Source of the DNA: Octopus bimaculoides
Lineage: Eukaryota
Reading direction: 5' to 3'
Length of the DNA stretch: 64,000 nucleotides
Assembly: GCF_001194135.2 (NCBI RefSeq)
Contig: NC_068982.1
Location: 6,732,630 to 6,796,629 of the forward strand
A model generated the notes under the pieces. The model did not search any database. It saw only the letters and a program-made list of their open reading frames with translations, and had not been told where the DNA came from. Both the position numbers and the translations under genes were made by a program. Of the stretch, positions 38,461 to 50,118 are shown piece after piece; positions within the stretch are counted from its first letter, which is position 1; each line of letters begins with the position of its first letter.

Positions 38461-39424
38461 GGCAGAGTGTTGTAGACATCCAAATGGGTCTGATATTCTC
38501 CATTCTAAACAACACACATTTCTTTGCCACTCATTCTAATGAATACAATTTCAACTCATTGCAATTGTAGATATTTTCCTTGCATGTTGTACATCATGTT
38601 CTTTTGGTATTTGTAATGCATGGACACCTTTTCATGACTCATGCAGTACAATAAACCATGTTCAAAGGTTAGTCTGGTGTTGTCTGATTATTATACACAG
38701 CTTACAGTGAACTAACAACTCATTCCAGTAAGATTGGCACAAACATCTGCAAGTAACAATTGACTTCGGTGCTAGAAATGGCAGTCAACTCAAGGCACAA
38801 CAGAATCATTGTAAAGTTAATATGGTAACTTGGCTTTACTTGGGAATAACACACAACCTGAACTAAATATCTAATGTACAATCAAACCTTGCTACAAGGT
38901 AATTAACTACTAGTTTAAACAACCTATTATGTTACATTTGTGTGTAATCACTAATATTGCATTATAATGAAGAGATACGAAATTGTATAACAGCAAGTAT
39001 TAACAATAATTGTATCAACTTCCTTATAACATACAATTTAGAGAACATTCAATTACATATACAATTAATTATACAGCTGTTTCTCATGTAATTTTTAAAT
39101 AGCAACCTCTAATCACTATGAACAAGCCAACAGAGTCAGTACAATTAGTGTAATGCAATTAAGGAAACTACATAAGATACATTTTGAGAAATCTTTATAC
39201 CAGAGGCAAATTTAATTTACATTTGAATTATAGAAATAAATCTTTCCTAAAAAGTATTATAAATTTATATTATGGCTGTTTCAGACAATTTATATTTATT
39301 GAACTTCAAAATATCTTCAAGGATAAATGCATTACTCGTGACATAATATGATCAAATATTTGAGATATTTTCCCAAGACGGTTTGCACCACAGGAATACA
39401 TTCTCAAATTGATGGTTTATTCAC

Positions 39425-39461
39425 CAAGGTAATTAATACTAAAGTGACAACTAACCAGCAG
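39425..39461 (-). CDS. Candidate exon (LLVSCHFSINYL)
   Basis: Long polypyrimidine acceptor tcttttttctgtcaatgcttttcag; donor TTG/GTGAAT; phase 0 to 1. Confidence 0.2.
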
Positions 39462-39564
39462 CTGAAAAGCATTGACAGAAAAAAGATTGACAGTATAAAT
39501 ACATTCGTGTTTTCAGTTTTCATCGGCTTTTAGAAACATTACTTTGCTCATCTATTTTAAGTGA

Positions 39565-39935
39565 TTATTTACCTTATTTACATTTGATGGATATTTGTTC
39601 TCATCTTGTTTGTTGTTAACACAACATTTCGGCTAATATACCCAGCAGCCTTCATCAGGTGTCTTGGGGAAATTTCAAACCTGGGTTCTCATTCCTAAGG
39701 TATTTTCTAGGTAGTGACCTGAATAATAATAATAATAATAATAATGATAACAACTACAACATCAAAAAATACCTTAAGAACGAGAACCCAAGTTCGAAAT
39801 TTCCCCAAGACACCTGGTGAAGGCTGGAGGGTATATCAACTGAAACATTGTGTTAACAACAAACAAGATGAGAACAAATATCCATCAAATGTAAATAATG
39901 TACATAATTTCTCATCTCTTAAATATAGAACTGTA
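39565..39935. mobile_element. Family H SINE head-to-head inverted pair with 12-bp TSD
   Basis: tattttaagtga at 39553-39564 and 39934-39945; minus arm to ~39708, plus arm from ~39711. Confidence 0.9.
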
Positions 39936-40696
39936 TTTTAAGTGACATTGCAAGTAAAATTAAGTAGTCTTTTTCTGGTTTCTGTCACATTACTGTGGTT
40001 ATCTTAATTCCAGAGAAGGATGAATGGCAAAGCTGACTGGACATAAAGGAATGTAACAGACTGAAATATCATGGGCCGTTTTTGTTTGAAATTTGGATAT
40101 TTGCCTTCCATCTTCGTAGAACATTGAATAACTTAGGTGACATTGAAGATAAGAATTCTACTGTTCTAGGCCCTTGATTAATCTTCAATGCAGTGAAAAG
40201 AAAAAAAAAGGGTAATATTAGCCTACCAGAGTTTGTTGCCAAAGCAAACCTTCAAAAATCCCCTCAAATTCTGAACTTCATTCTAATTAATAACAACACT
40301 GGAAATTTGCTTTTGGTAAATATCAACTCTGTTGGTATTGTAACGAAATCTCCTTTGAAGTATGTTTTAATTAGGTGAGGATAAAAGAAAACTAAAGAAT
40401 TGTATAATGAGGCTATTTCATTGAGCATCTCAATAAGGCCAGATTGCCAATTTGTCATTTTTCTTTCATGATAATCATTTCAATGAATAGATAAATCTGA
40501 TAGAAAGCATTAGTCACACTGTCACCATCAATCATTCATATCACTCATTTTGTAATGATTTGTTTGAAGGATGCAAGCATCACTGTTTGAATAAGTTGCT
40601 TACTTCACAACCATATGCTTTTGAATGTGATCCCATTGTGGCATACACTGAATAAGTCCTTTTTATAATGCAGTCAAGTAAACAAAGGTCTCATAC

Positions 40697-40820
40697 AGAG
40701 ACAGAGAGACAGAGACAGAGAGACAGAGACAGACAGGTAGACAGAGACAGAGACAGACAGATAAAGACAGACAGAGAGACAAAGACAGACAGACAAACAG
40801 AGACAGATACAGACAGACAA
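40697..40820. repeat. (AGAC)/(AG)n microsatellite
   Basis: Direct inspection. Confidence 0.95.
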
Positions 40821-41335
40821 GCATTTCCATTTGATTCCTTTTCTGGAATTGATAAGATAGGCAGCAGGCCAAATACGGGGGTCGATATTGGAGAGTAAAC
40901 TCCTTGAAAATGGTGTCCCTACATAGCCACAGTAATGTGGCAGAAACCAGATAAAAAAAACCCACAAATATTTTAACTTTACTTGCAATGTCACTTAAAA
41001 CAAATGTGCAATGGCAATATTTCCAAAAGCCTATGAAACCTAAAAATACAAACGCATTTATACAATTCTATTTTTTTTATCAATAATTCTTTTCAGCTGG
41101 TTAGTTGTCATCCCTTGCAGTTTGATAAATTACTTAGAATCTAAAATTTAGTTTAAAGTTGTTTTTCGCTAAAGGATATTTCTCAGAAAACCAAAAAAAA
41201 TTCATCTGCAGTTGCAAAGTAACTATCAAATTAAGATGCAGATGCATTTGATGTTTTATATAAATAATTGTTAGGATACTGGAATAAGAGTATCATCATG
41301 AAATAATTTCAGTTGAAGAAAATATCAATAAATTA

Positions 41336-41552
41336 CAGTAATCCCTCGACTATCGTGAGTGTTACAGTCCCAACCACACCGTGATAGGTGGAAATCCTCA
41401 AATTAGAAACAGTTCTGTATATTATTTTAATTGTCTTTATAATTTGCATATATTTGTTTTATTATAAATGCAAAATAACACTACAGAGGAATCGACATAA
41501 GCTTAAATAATAAGCTATGATAGATGTACTGCGATATGGCGAGGGATTACTG
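41336..41552. mobile_element. Tigger/pogo-type MITE
   Basis: TIRs CAGTAATCCCTCG / CGAGGGATTACTG; TA on both sides. Confidence 0.85.
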
Positions 41553-41596
41553 TATTTAATTTCTAAAAAAGGGGGAAAAAAAAAAAGAAACCTTAC

Positions 41597-41697
41597 ACTA
41601 GAATTCAGAAAAGTTTGTGAATTATTTTCCCAAAATAATATGATTCTTGTCATCATTAAATGAACTGGATTTTCATTCACGTGCTTTCGAGTTCGGA
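41597..41697 (-). CDS. Candidate exon (xRTRKHVNENPVHLMMTRIILFWENNSQTFLNSS)
   Basis: Acceptor cctaaattttatcaaatcag, donor AGT/GTAAGG, fully open 101 nt, phase 1 to 0. Confidence 0.35.
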
Positions 41698-41726
41698 CTG
41701 ATTTGATAAAATTTAGGTTCACAATT

Positions 41727-42090
41727 ATTACATCTGCCTTAGCGAAGGCAGAGGTATTGTGTTCAGTCATGTTTGTTTGTTTGACCGTGGACAAGATATC
41801 TCAAGAACCACCTGATGGATTCAAATGAAACTTTCAGGGATGTTTGGCCTCAAGACTGGCATGAACTGGTTAGATTTTGGGATCAATCCAGTACCGGACA
41901 AGGATTCTGGATTATTTTTCCATTTTTTTTTTACTTATTTTTGAGAGCAGTTGGGATCATGTTTTAGTATTCTCGTTTCTGACAGCAATCGAGTTTATTT
42001 CAGATATTTCATTTTAAAAATCAACTCTGGTTAATCGTTGACAGTGTTGCCTTGGAGGAGGTTTGCACTCTCTGAATGCCCTTGTTTTTA
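41727..42090. mobile_element. Non-autonomous Helentron-like (HINE/DINE-type) element
   Basis: 5' hairpin ctgcctt-agcg-aaggcag, gtttgtttg microsatellite, ggatt...aaacttt, 3' ccttggaggaggtttgcactctctgaatgcc. Confidence 0.55.
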
Positions 42091-42269
42091 TTTGTATACA
42101 GAAGCCAATGTAAATCCATTTTTGAAACGACAATTTTCTCATGCATGAAACTCAGCTAAAGGCACTTTTCTTACCCCTACTCTTAGAACAAGAATTGACT
42201 GAATTAATGCCTGTCTAGACTATCTGGATCAAATAATTCACCTTTTTATAAGTCAAGATTATTTATGGT

Positions 42270-42480
42270 TTCAAATTTTGGCACAAGGCCAGCAATTTCA
42301 GTGAGAGGATAAGTCGATTATATCGACCCCAGTGCTCAGCTGGTACTTATTTTATCAACCCTAAAAAGATGAAAGGCAAAGTTGACCTTGGCAGAATTTA
42401 TATTCAGAACCTAAGGACGGATGAAATGCCACTAAGCATTGTGCCTGATGTGCTAAAGATTCTTCCAGCTTGCCATCTTA
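42270..42480 (-). mobile_element. SINE family A copy
   Basis: gtcgattatatcgaccccagtgctcagctggtacttattttatcaaccc...gatgaaaggcaaagttgacc. Confidence 0.8.
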
Positions 42481-43261
42481 AAGTCATGATCATAAGGCAG
42501 CATAACGGTGCCTGACTCCAAAGTTTTAGCTAAGTCCATGGTATTAACAGAAAAATAAGCAGAACATTTGATTTCTAATCTGAGATAAAATAATTTTTAT
42601 CATCATTGAATATAATGCAAGCCAATGGAAAAAGCTCCTATTTTGTCACTTAACCTACTAGAAACAGCAACCAAATTTTCTCCAAATCACACTTCATATA
42701 TATATATATATATATATATTAATAGGACACATTGAGTAATGAGATTTTTAGACTTGGAGCATCTTCAACCATAGATCTAAGTGATCCAATTTAATATAAT
42801 AGAAGTATTTACTCAGCTCTCATTGTATCACCCATGTTTCTGATTTCTTTGTGTGTGTGTGTGTTTTATGCTCTTGATGAGTTTAAAACCAGATCCATTC
42901 ATCCATGGATGGAGTAAATTACACATGTTTTAATTCTTTTTTCCTCTATAATTGCATAATTATTCTCAGTTGCCATATATTCATATCATTCAATTATTCT
43001 GTTTTATTCATTGGCTATGGTAGTGATTTGGTAGATTCAGTGGGACATCAGACAAAATGCTGTGGAATCAAACTCCGAACTATGTGGTTTTGAATCAGAA
43101 TGCTACATCTCTGTATCCAAATGGTTGATTAAACTTTTGAAGGTGATGTCCCAGCGTGGCCTATGAAATTCTGAGTACCAAAGAAGTTGAAATAATTTGG
43201 GAGTAAATATGTCAAAAGATGTTCTTGTATAATATAAATCAAAAATTAAAACATACATCTA

Positions 43262-44382
43262 CAGTGTGTCCCAAAATTAAGGCAACCAACTTTAAGTGTG
43301 AATGCTTCACATGCAGCATGCAGCTGTTCTTGCAGAATCAAAGCCAATTTCTGTCACAATTTTGCCTTCAGAGCATCGAGCTAAACATGAGGAGTACCCA
43401 AGACACTCATTTCCAAAATAGCCCAAACAGAAAAATCCAACGAGTTGAGATCAGGGCTTCTTGAGGGCAATACATTCTTGCCTATGGATGGTGGAATGTT
43501 TTTCTAAATCCAGTGTTGCATCTGTTTAGAGGTGCGGGATGGTGCTGAGTCCTGTTAGAGGCTCCAAGGTCCTCCTTGAAAGTGTTTATTCGCCCATGGA
43601 AGCAGTTCAGTTTCCAGAAACTCACTAATTAACACTGGGTGTTAATGTTAACACCCAAGGACACAAAAACGAGGGGAAACCTCCCAGTGGCTGTCACAAC
43701 CGCCCAAACCATAACTGACTGTGGATTTTGACATCGATTTATGAGTCTACACTCAGCAGAGCCAGATACACTCCAAAGCTGGTCATTCTGGTGGTTTACT
43801 GTCAGTTCGATGTTAAATTTCTTTTCATCAATGAACACCAAGTTGGGCAGCATGCCTTCAGCAATCTGACACAGGATAAGACAACTTCTCTTCAGTCTCA
43901 TGGTCTTATAAACTTGTGTAAGCTCATGACAGCAGATCACCTTGTAGGGGTGTGTCCTGAGATCTTCCTTCAGCACTCGATACATCGATGTTCAGCTTAT
44001 TTTTGCTGTGGCAGCCAGTTTTATGATGGAAGTACAAGGATTTTGCCATATCTGTTCTTTGGCACTTTTGATAAACAGGGGCATCTGCACACTTCTTTTT
44101 TGGCCACATTCCAGTCAATCAGCAGTGGAACCAGTCTCTTGGAACTTCTTGACAATTTTCCAGACTGTTGTTCAGTTAACTTTTAGCTTTTTTTGTTATA
44201 TTACTTTCACCTCCTTTGTGGCAGGTTATGATTGCATTTTCTAATTTATAAATTTGAATTTGTTTTGTCTGAAACAAAAAAAAGATGCACTAAGCTTTTA
44301 TAATGATGTATAATTTTCATATCTTATCACATTTATTGATAGTTATTAGCCCGAAACTTCAGTTGCCTTATTTTATTTTCTG
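43262..44382 (-). mobile_element. maT (DD37D)-like Tc1/mariner transposon, decayed
   Basis: TIR CAGTGTGTCCCAAAATTAAGGCAAC after TA, partial partner gttgccttatttt at 44362; LVFIDEKKFNIELTVNHQNDQLW...SVMVWAVVTATGRFPLVFV. Confidence 0.85.
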
Positions 44383-45394
44383 TTATGTAATAGAGAAATA
44401 ATCAGTTGTCATCCTTTCATGTGAGATCACAGCACCAAGAAGTATTATTGGGATAAATAAATCACTTTAATTGTATGGAAAGTTCCTGCAATGAATAATG
44501 GAAATTTTTGCTTAATGTATATTTTGAAAAGAAATTCAAATAAAATAATATCCGCATCACACTGTACATATAAATAAGACTAGTGCTGCTAAATACTATT
44601 TTTTAAATGTTTTATAAGCAACATAAATCTATAAGAAAAACGTAAAATATAATTATATAGTTCTCACTTAAGAAACAACTTGGAAAATTATTCATGTCAT
44701 TAGTCCATCTCTTCATTCGTTATTGATATAAATGGTAACGTTTAAAAATATTCAGCAGAAAATTTCCAAACTGCAGTAAATATAGAAAACTTCTACTGTT
44801 GCTGCTGCCACTGCTGCTGATGTTGTGATGATGGCAATGATGAAAGCTAACTCTAGAATCGTTCGAATCCATAAGGTTCTATTGCAAGACATTTTGATAA
44901 TCTTCAATTATGTTGCCATAATCTTTTCTCTCTTTTTGTTTTTTTAAAGAGACTGTTTTGGTCTCCGCAATTTCCATATATTACAACATAACTGTTTACC
45001 AAGTTATATTCACAATTCCTATTTATAGAGATCCGTATCTTCAAACAATTTTGATTGCAATCAAAATCTGATGTTAAAAGTGTGTTAGATTTACATTGCC
45101 GACTTCGGTTATCTATCCATTGTCATTCATTGGTACCAGTCAAAGTTACCATTTCATTTCCAGCTGTTACAAGCTGTCATTTCATGCTGAATTCCTTATG
45201 AATAACTTGATGTTGCTACAGAACTTGTTTGTTATCAGCAACGACAACGATCATAATGGTAGATGGAAGTTGTTTTAATATAGATGTTATTAATTGTTTC
45301 GAAATTTGGTACAGTGCTAGTAATACTTGAGGGAAGAAGAACTAGACAATGCCAGCAACCCCAACAGACAGAACACTAGTACTTTATTTTGTTG

Positions 45395-45698
45395 TTGTTG
45401 TTGCTTGTTCCTTTTCAAGCCATGCCTGGCTCATAAGGGCCGGTTTCCCAGTTTCATTGGCATATGGGTTCCCCACATGGATGGGACGCCAATCCATTGA
45501 AGGTGAGCTTCTAGATGCAGAGAAAGTTGTGGTGAGAGAAAGTTGTGGCGAGAGAGTCAGTAGAAGTTTGCCATTATCTACTGCACGGAGCTTAGGTGTT
45601 TCGCTCATAAACACATACATCGCCCGGTCTGAGATTCGAACCCGCAATTCCTCGACTGCGAGCCTACTGCTCTAACCACCAGGCCATATGCCTTCACA
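45395..45698 (-). mobile_element. tRNA-headed SINE with Meta/V-like 3' domain
   Basis: Head tggcctggtggttagagc...gggttcgaatctc; body ggattggcgtcccatcc...gaaactgggaaaccggccc; (AAC)n tail. Confidence 0.7.
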
Positions 45699-45788
45699 CT
45701 TTATTTTATGAACAGTGAAAAGATGGAAGGCAAAGTTATCTTTCAGTATTTGAATTCAGAAGAGAGAGAGACAGAACAAATATCTCAA

Positions 45789-46201
45789 GTACATTATTTA
45801 CATTTGACGGATATTTGTCCTCATCTTGTTTGTTGTTAACACAATGTTCTGGCTGATATACCCTCCAGCCTTCATCAGGTGTCTTGGAGGAATTTTGAAC
45901 CTGGGTTCTTATTCCTAAGGTATTTTTTTCAGGCATATGGTGTAGTAGTTAAGAGCATGGGCTACTAACACCAATATTCCGAGTTCAATTCCAAGTAGTG
46001 ACTTGAATAATAAAAATTGAAATAATAATAATAATAATAATAATAACAACAACAACTTCGAAAAAATACTTTAGGAATGAGAACCCAGGTTTGAAATTTC
46101 TTAAAGACACCTGATGAAGGCTGGAGGATATATCAGCCGAAATGTTGTGTTAACAACAAACAAGAGGAGGACAAATATTCATCAAATGTAAATAATGTAC
46201 A
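45789..46201. mobile_element. Family H SINE: inverted 3' arm plus full-length plus copy
   Basis: Minus arm 45789-45929; head aggcatatggtgtagtagttaagagc from ~45931; hammerhead motif near 46107-46152. Confidence 0.85.
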
Positions 46202-46367
46202 CAATTAATGTGTCACATAATCCAAGGAAATTTGAAGCTTAACAACTACTAAGGCATCACTGATTGAACTATCTTTTACAGCTAGAAAAATAAACAGCTC
46301 TGTAAGAAAAAACTGTATACATAAAAGGCTAAAATAAAAATATGAATATATATATATATATATATAT

Positions 46368-46767
46368 AGGCGCAGGAGTGGCTGTGTGGTAAATAGCTTG
46401 CTTATCGACCACATAATTATGGGTTCAGTCCCACTGTGTGGCACCTTGGGTACGTGTCTTCTACTATAGCGTTGGGCCGACCAAAGCTTTGTGAGTGGAT
46501 TTGGTAGATAGAAACTGAAAGAAGCCCGTCGTATATATGTATATATATATATATGTGTGTGTTTGTGTGTGTGTGTGTCTGTCCCCACTTACCATTGCTT
46601 GACAACCGATGCTGATGTGTTTACGTCCCTGTAACTTAGCGGTTCGGCAAAATAGACCAATAGAATAAGTACTAGGCTTACAAAGAATAAGTCCTGGGGT
46701 TGATTTGCTCGACTAAAGGTGGTGCTCCAGCATGGCCACAGTCAAATGACTGAAACAAGTAAAAGAG
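46368..46767 (+). mobile_element. Full-length SINE family B flanked by a ~105-bp duplication
   Basis: aggcgcaggagtggctgtgtggtaa...gggttcagtccc...gtcaaatgactgaaacaagtaaaaga. Confidence 0.9.
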
Positions 46768-47851
46768 TAAGGTAACACCGATTGAACTATCTCTTACAAC
46801 TAGAAAAATAAACAACCCTGTAAGAAAAAAAAAACTGTATACATAAAAGGCTAAAATAAAAATATGAATATATATTGTTAAAATACGGAATTTAAAGTAG
46901 AAGTAATGAATAAGGTACATAAGCTGTGTTCTTTGTGCATGTATGCTTGTATTTTGTCTTGTTCATAAACATTGAAAAACTTGTAAAATCTACGAATCAC
47001 TGATTAAGGTTTTATGTTGTGCATATATGAAAGTCATTAATATCCCGAACATGTTGAAAATCAGAATGAATTAAATGATTCATTTCAAATGCATTTTCAA
47101 TCTTATTTGTAATTCAATTTTATTTTTTCTCATTTTTCTTTCTGCTTTCCCAGAATGCCCTCTCACCCCCGCACCTGCCATAAATGTGTTTGTATAAGTG
47201 TGTGAGTTTGTTTCTAAATCCAAACTTTTAAACTGAAAATCCTGATATTTTTGTTTTATCTACATTTCTTACTCAAGTAATTCCTTTTAAAATCCTGTTT
47301 GGATTGAGATTCGACTTAGTAAGTTTTTCTTCCATTGTAATCATTTTCAAGATAAAAACAGAAAAAATAAGCTGTTTTAGCATAGATTGACACAGATTTT
47401 GTAAAACTTATTTAAAGATTAGTTTATGTACTCTTTCTAATTTGCAATAATTTTTTTTCATTTTCTTTTAATTGTGAGAAGAAAAAAAGTCGTTATTTTC
47501 ATGCGAATATAATCTCTTTGAAAATGAGTGAATGATTGAAGTAAAAGAATATACAATGTTAATAAGATGAAGATTTCAATAAAAATGAACAGCAGTTTTG
47601 TTCAATGAATGCAATGATATAGCAATTCTGGGTGAGAACTTTAATCTTATAACCTGCCACACATTGAAAATAGACATGAACAGCCTCTGCATGGCTGCTC
47701 AATTTGCTTTAAATAGTGAGAAAATCTTTTTCAGGTCATACCCTACTGTCTTACATTCGGAGGAATGGACACTTTGTATAATGTAGTCCTAGATACACTA
47801 TGTCTAAAAAACAAAAAAACAAGATGGTCACAATAATCAGGAACTAATATA

Positions 47852-48813
47852 CGAGGAGAAGTGAAAAATTATCTGCATTTTTTCCATAACATATCTTTAT
47901 TATTGTCACACTGCCTTCTAGGTATGCGTGCTTATAATTGGTGCTATTGTGGCCACATGATTGAAGTTTGAGCCTGATGGCACCGTTTTTCTTTCTGGCT
48001 TTACTGTGTAAGCATGGCACTCTGCTAGCAATGTGCACCAAAGAAGAACAAAGAGCAGTGATCCGATTTCTCTGGTCGGATGGTGTGTCGGGTGCTGAAA
48101 TTCATCGGAGACTTTTAGCACAATACAGGCACAATGCACTACCATGTAAAAGTAAGTATGAGTGGATTCAGAAGTTTAAAAGTGCTTGGACAAGCATAAT
48201 GCATGAAGAGGGAACAGGACACCTGTCAACCTCCACCACTGACCAGAAGATTCAGCAAGCTCGAGAGATAGCAATGGTGAACTGGTGAGTTATCATCGAT
48301 GAGGCAGCTCGTTCTCTGCAGATTGGTCATGGGTCTGCCTATCAAATCATCCACGATGAGCTCGGCTTCCATAAAGTCTGTACAAGATGGGTGTCAAGAG
48401 AGCTTACTGCAGAGCACAAACACAAACGTCTGGAGGTCTGCCAACGTTTACTCAATTGCTACAACAACGCGGGCGATGAATTTTTGAGCAGAATAGTCAC
48501 AGGAGATGAAACATGGGTCCATCATTATGAAGCAAAATCCAAAAGACAGAGTATGGAGTGGAAACATCCCGATTCGCCAGTGACGAAGAAATACAAGATT
48601 CAGTCTTCCGCAGGAAAGGTGAAACTAACCCTTTTTTGGGACTCAAAAGGGCCTATTCTGGAAGACTATCTGGAAACGTGGTTTATGATCAACAGTGGAA
48701 GATACAATGCTTTGCTGGCCAACAAACCGAAGCCAGCAATTCACACCAAACGCCAAAGCGTATTGTCGAAGAAAGTTTTGTTGTTGCATGAAAATGCACA
48801 CCCACACACAGTT
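47852..48813 (+). mobile_element. Mariner transposon (irritans-like), 3'-truncated; transposase frame with a single stop
   Basis: TA then TIR cgaggagaagtgaaaaattatctgca; MCTKEEQRAVIRFLW...WVSRELT...IVTGDETWVHHY...LLHENAHPHT in one frame with TGA at 48286-48288. Confidence 0.95.
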
Positions 48814-48864
48814 AGAGAAATGAAATCACAGTTCTTTGTTCTTTTGTGGTGCACATTGCTAGTG

Positions 48865-49309
48865 GAGTATGTGGGAGTGGGTGTAAGGGATGGGTGGGAA
48901 TGGGATGGATAGGGAAGGTTGGGTTGGATTGTGTAGAGTGGGGATGCGAGTGGGTGACGATGAAGGGAGAGGAGGAAGGGAGAAGGTGGGTAGGAGTGAA
49001 GAAAAGAGAGGAGAGGTGGGTGGGAAGAAATAGGTGTGAGAGGGAGAGAAGAGAGAGAAGGAGGTTAGAGGAAGAGCGGATGAGAGTTGAGCCCATGTGG
49101 CGCAAAGGAGGAAAGAGAGAAGATTAATCACTGTTCACGGCGCAAACGGGAGTGCAAGGACAATCCAAATACAAACAGGTGTTGCAAAGAGTGACCGTTA
49201 GAGCAGAAATGGCGCGAGACCGGGGTGTCATTGTTGAGTCTGATGTGTCGGAGGTGTTCCACGAACCGGTCAGCCAAGCGGCGTCCTGATTGCCCGATGT
49301 ATAGAGAAG

Positions 49310-49353
<44 letters not shown>

Positions 49354-49553
49354 GAGAGCAGGAAATGTAATAGATGACATTGGTAGAAGTGCAGATGAAA
49401 GAGTCGGTGATATGATAGGGTCAATGATGGGTGCCGGTGGGGAGGGTGGTGTTGGAGAGGTAAGGGCAAGTGCGGCAGCGTGGGTGGGAGCAAGGGAACG
49501 AGCCGGGTTGGGAGGTTGGGTGAGAGAAAAAGTTGTGGACCAAGAGGTCTCGT
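48865..49553 (-). mobile_element. Neptune/Penelope-like GIY-YIG endonuclease fragment
   Basis: LRDLLVH...GSFPCSHPRCRTCPY...FICTSTNVIYYISCS..CPSLYIGQSGRRLADRFVEHLRHIR...PVSRHF. Confidence 0.9.
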
Positions 49554-49559
49554 AGGTTG

Positions 49560-49760
49560 TATGTATGCATGTCTGTTTGTCCCCCACTATCGCTTGACAA
49601 CCAACAGTGGCGTGTCTACGCCCCCGTAACCTAGCGGTTCGACAAAAGAAACCAATAGAATAAGTATTACGCTTACAAAGAATAAGTCCTGAGGTCGATT
49701 TGTTCGACTAAAGGCACTGCTCCAGCATGGCTGAAGTCAAATGATTGCAACAAATAAAAG
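49560..49760 (+). mobile_element. SINE family B 3' half
   Basis: cgcttgacaacc...acaaagaataagtcctgaggtcgatttgttcgactaaaggc. Confidence 0.8.
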
Positions 49761-49762
49761 AA

Positions 49763-49796
<34 letters not shown>

Positions 49797-50118
49797 TTGG
49801 GCGTATCAAACATGCATTCTGTATTACACCTATTGCTTTCTTCTTAAACTAATAATCATCAATGTGTGGCCTTTTATATGTCTGTGACGCCATTGTTGAA
49901 ATCATTCATTGCAGCCTGATATTTTATAATATTCGATTATGGTGGAAGCGGTTTTTTTTTATATTGCTAAAAAGTGCACTTGATTAACAGTTGGCAAGCA
50001 TTGATTATTTTCTCTCTCTTTGTGGTTCTCTATGTACGTATGCTGACATGAATATGTATTTTGGCTGGTTATTTATGAATGGATAATATCTTTGAAAGCC
50101 AAATTCTGCTAAAATTAC

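Noticed and set aside
40230-40374. Overlapping plus exon candidate and 64-aa minus ORF
   Set aside because: Several competing donors, both strands open and no recognisable homology.
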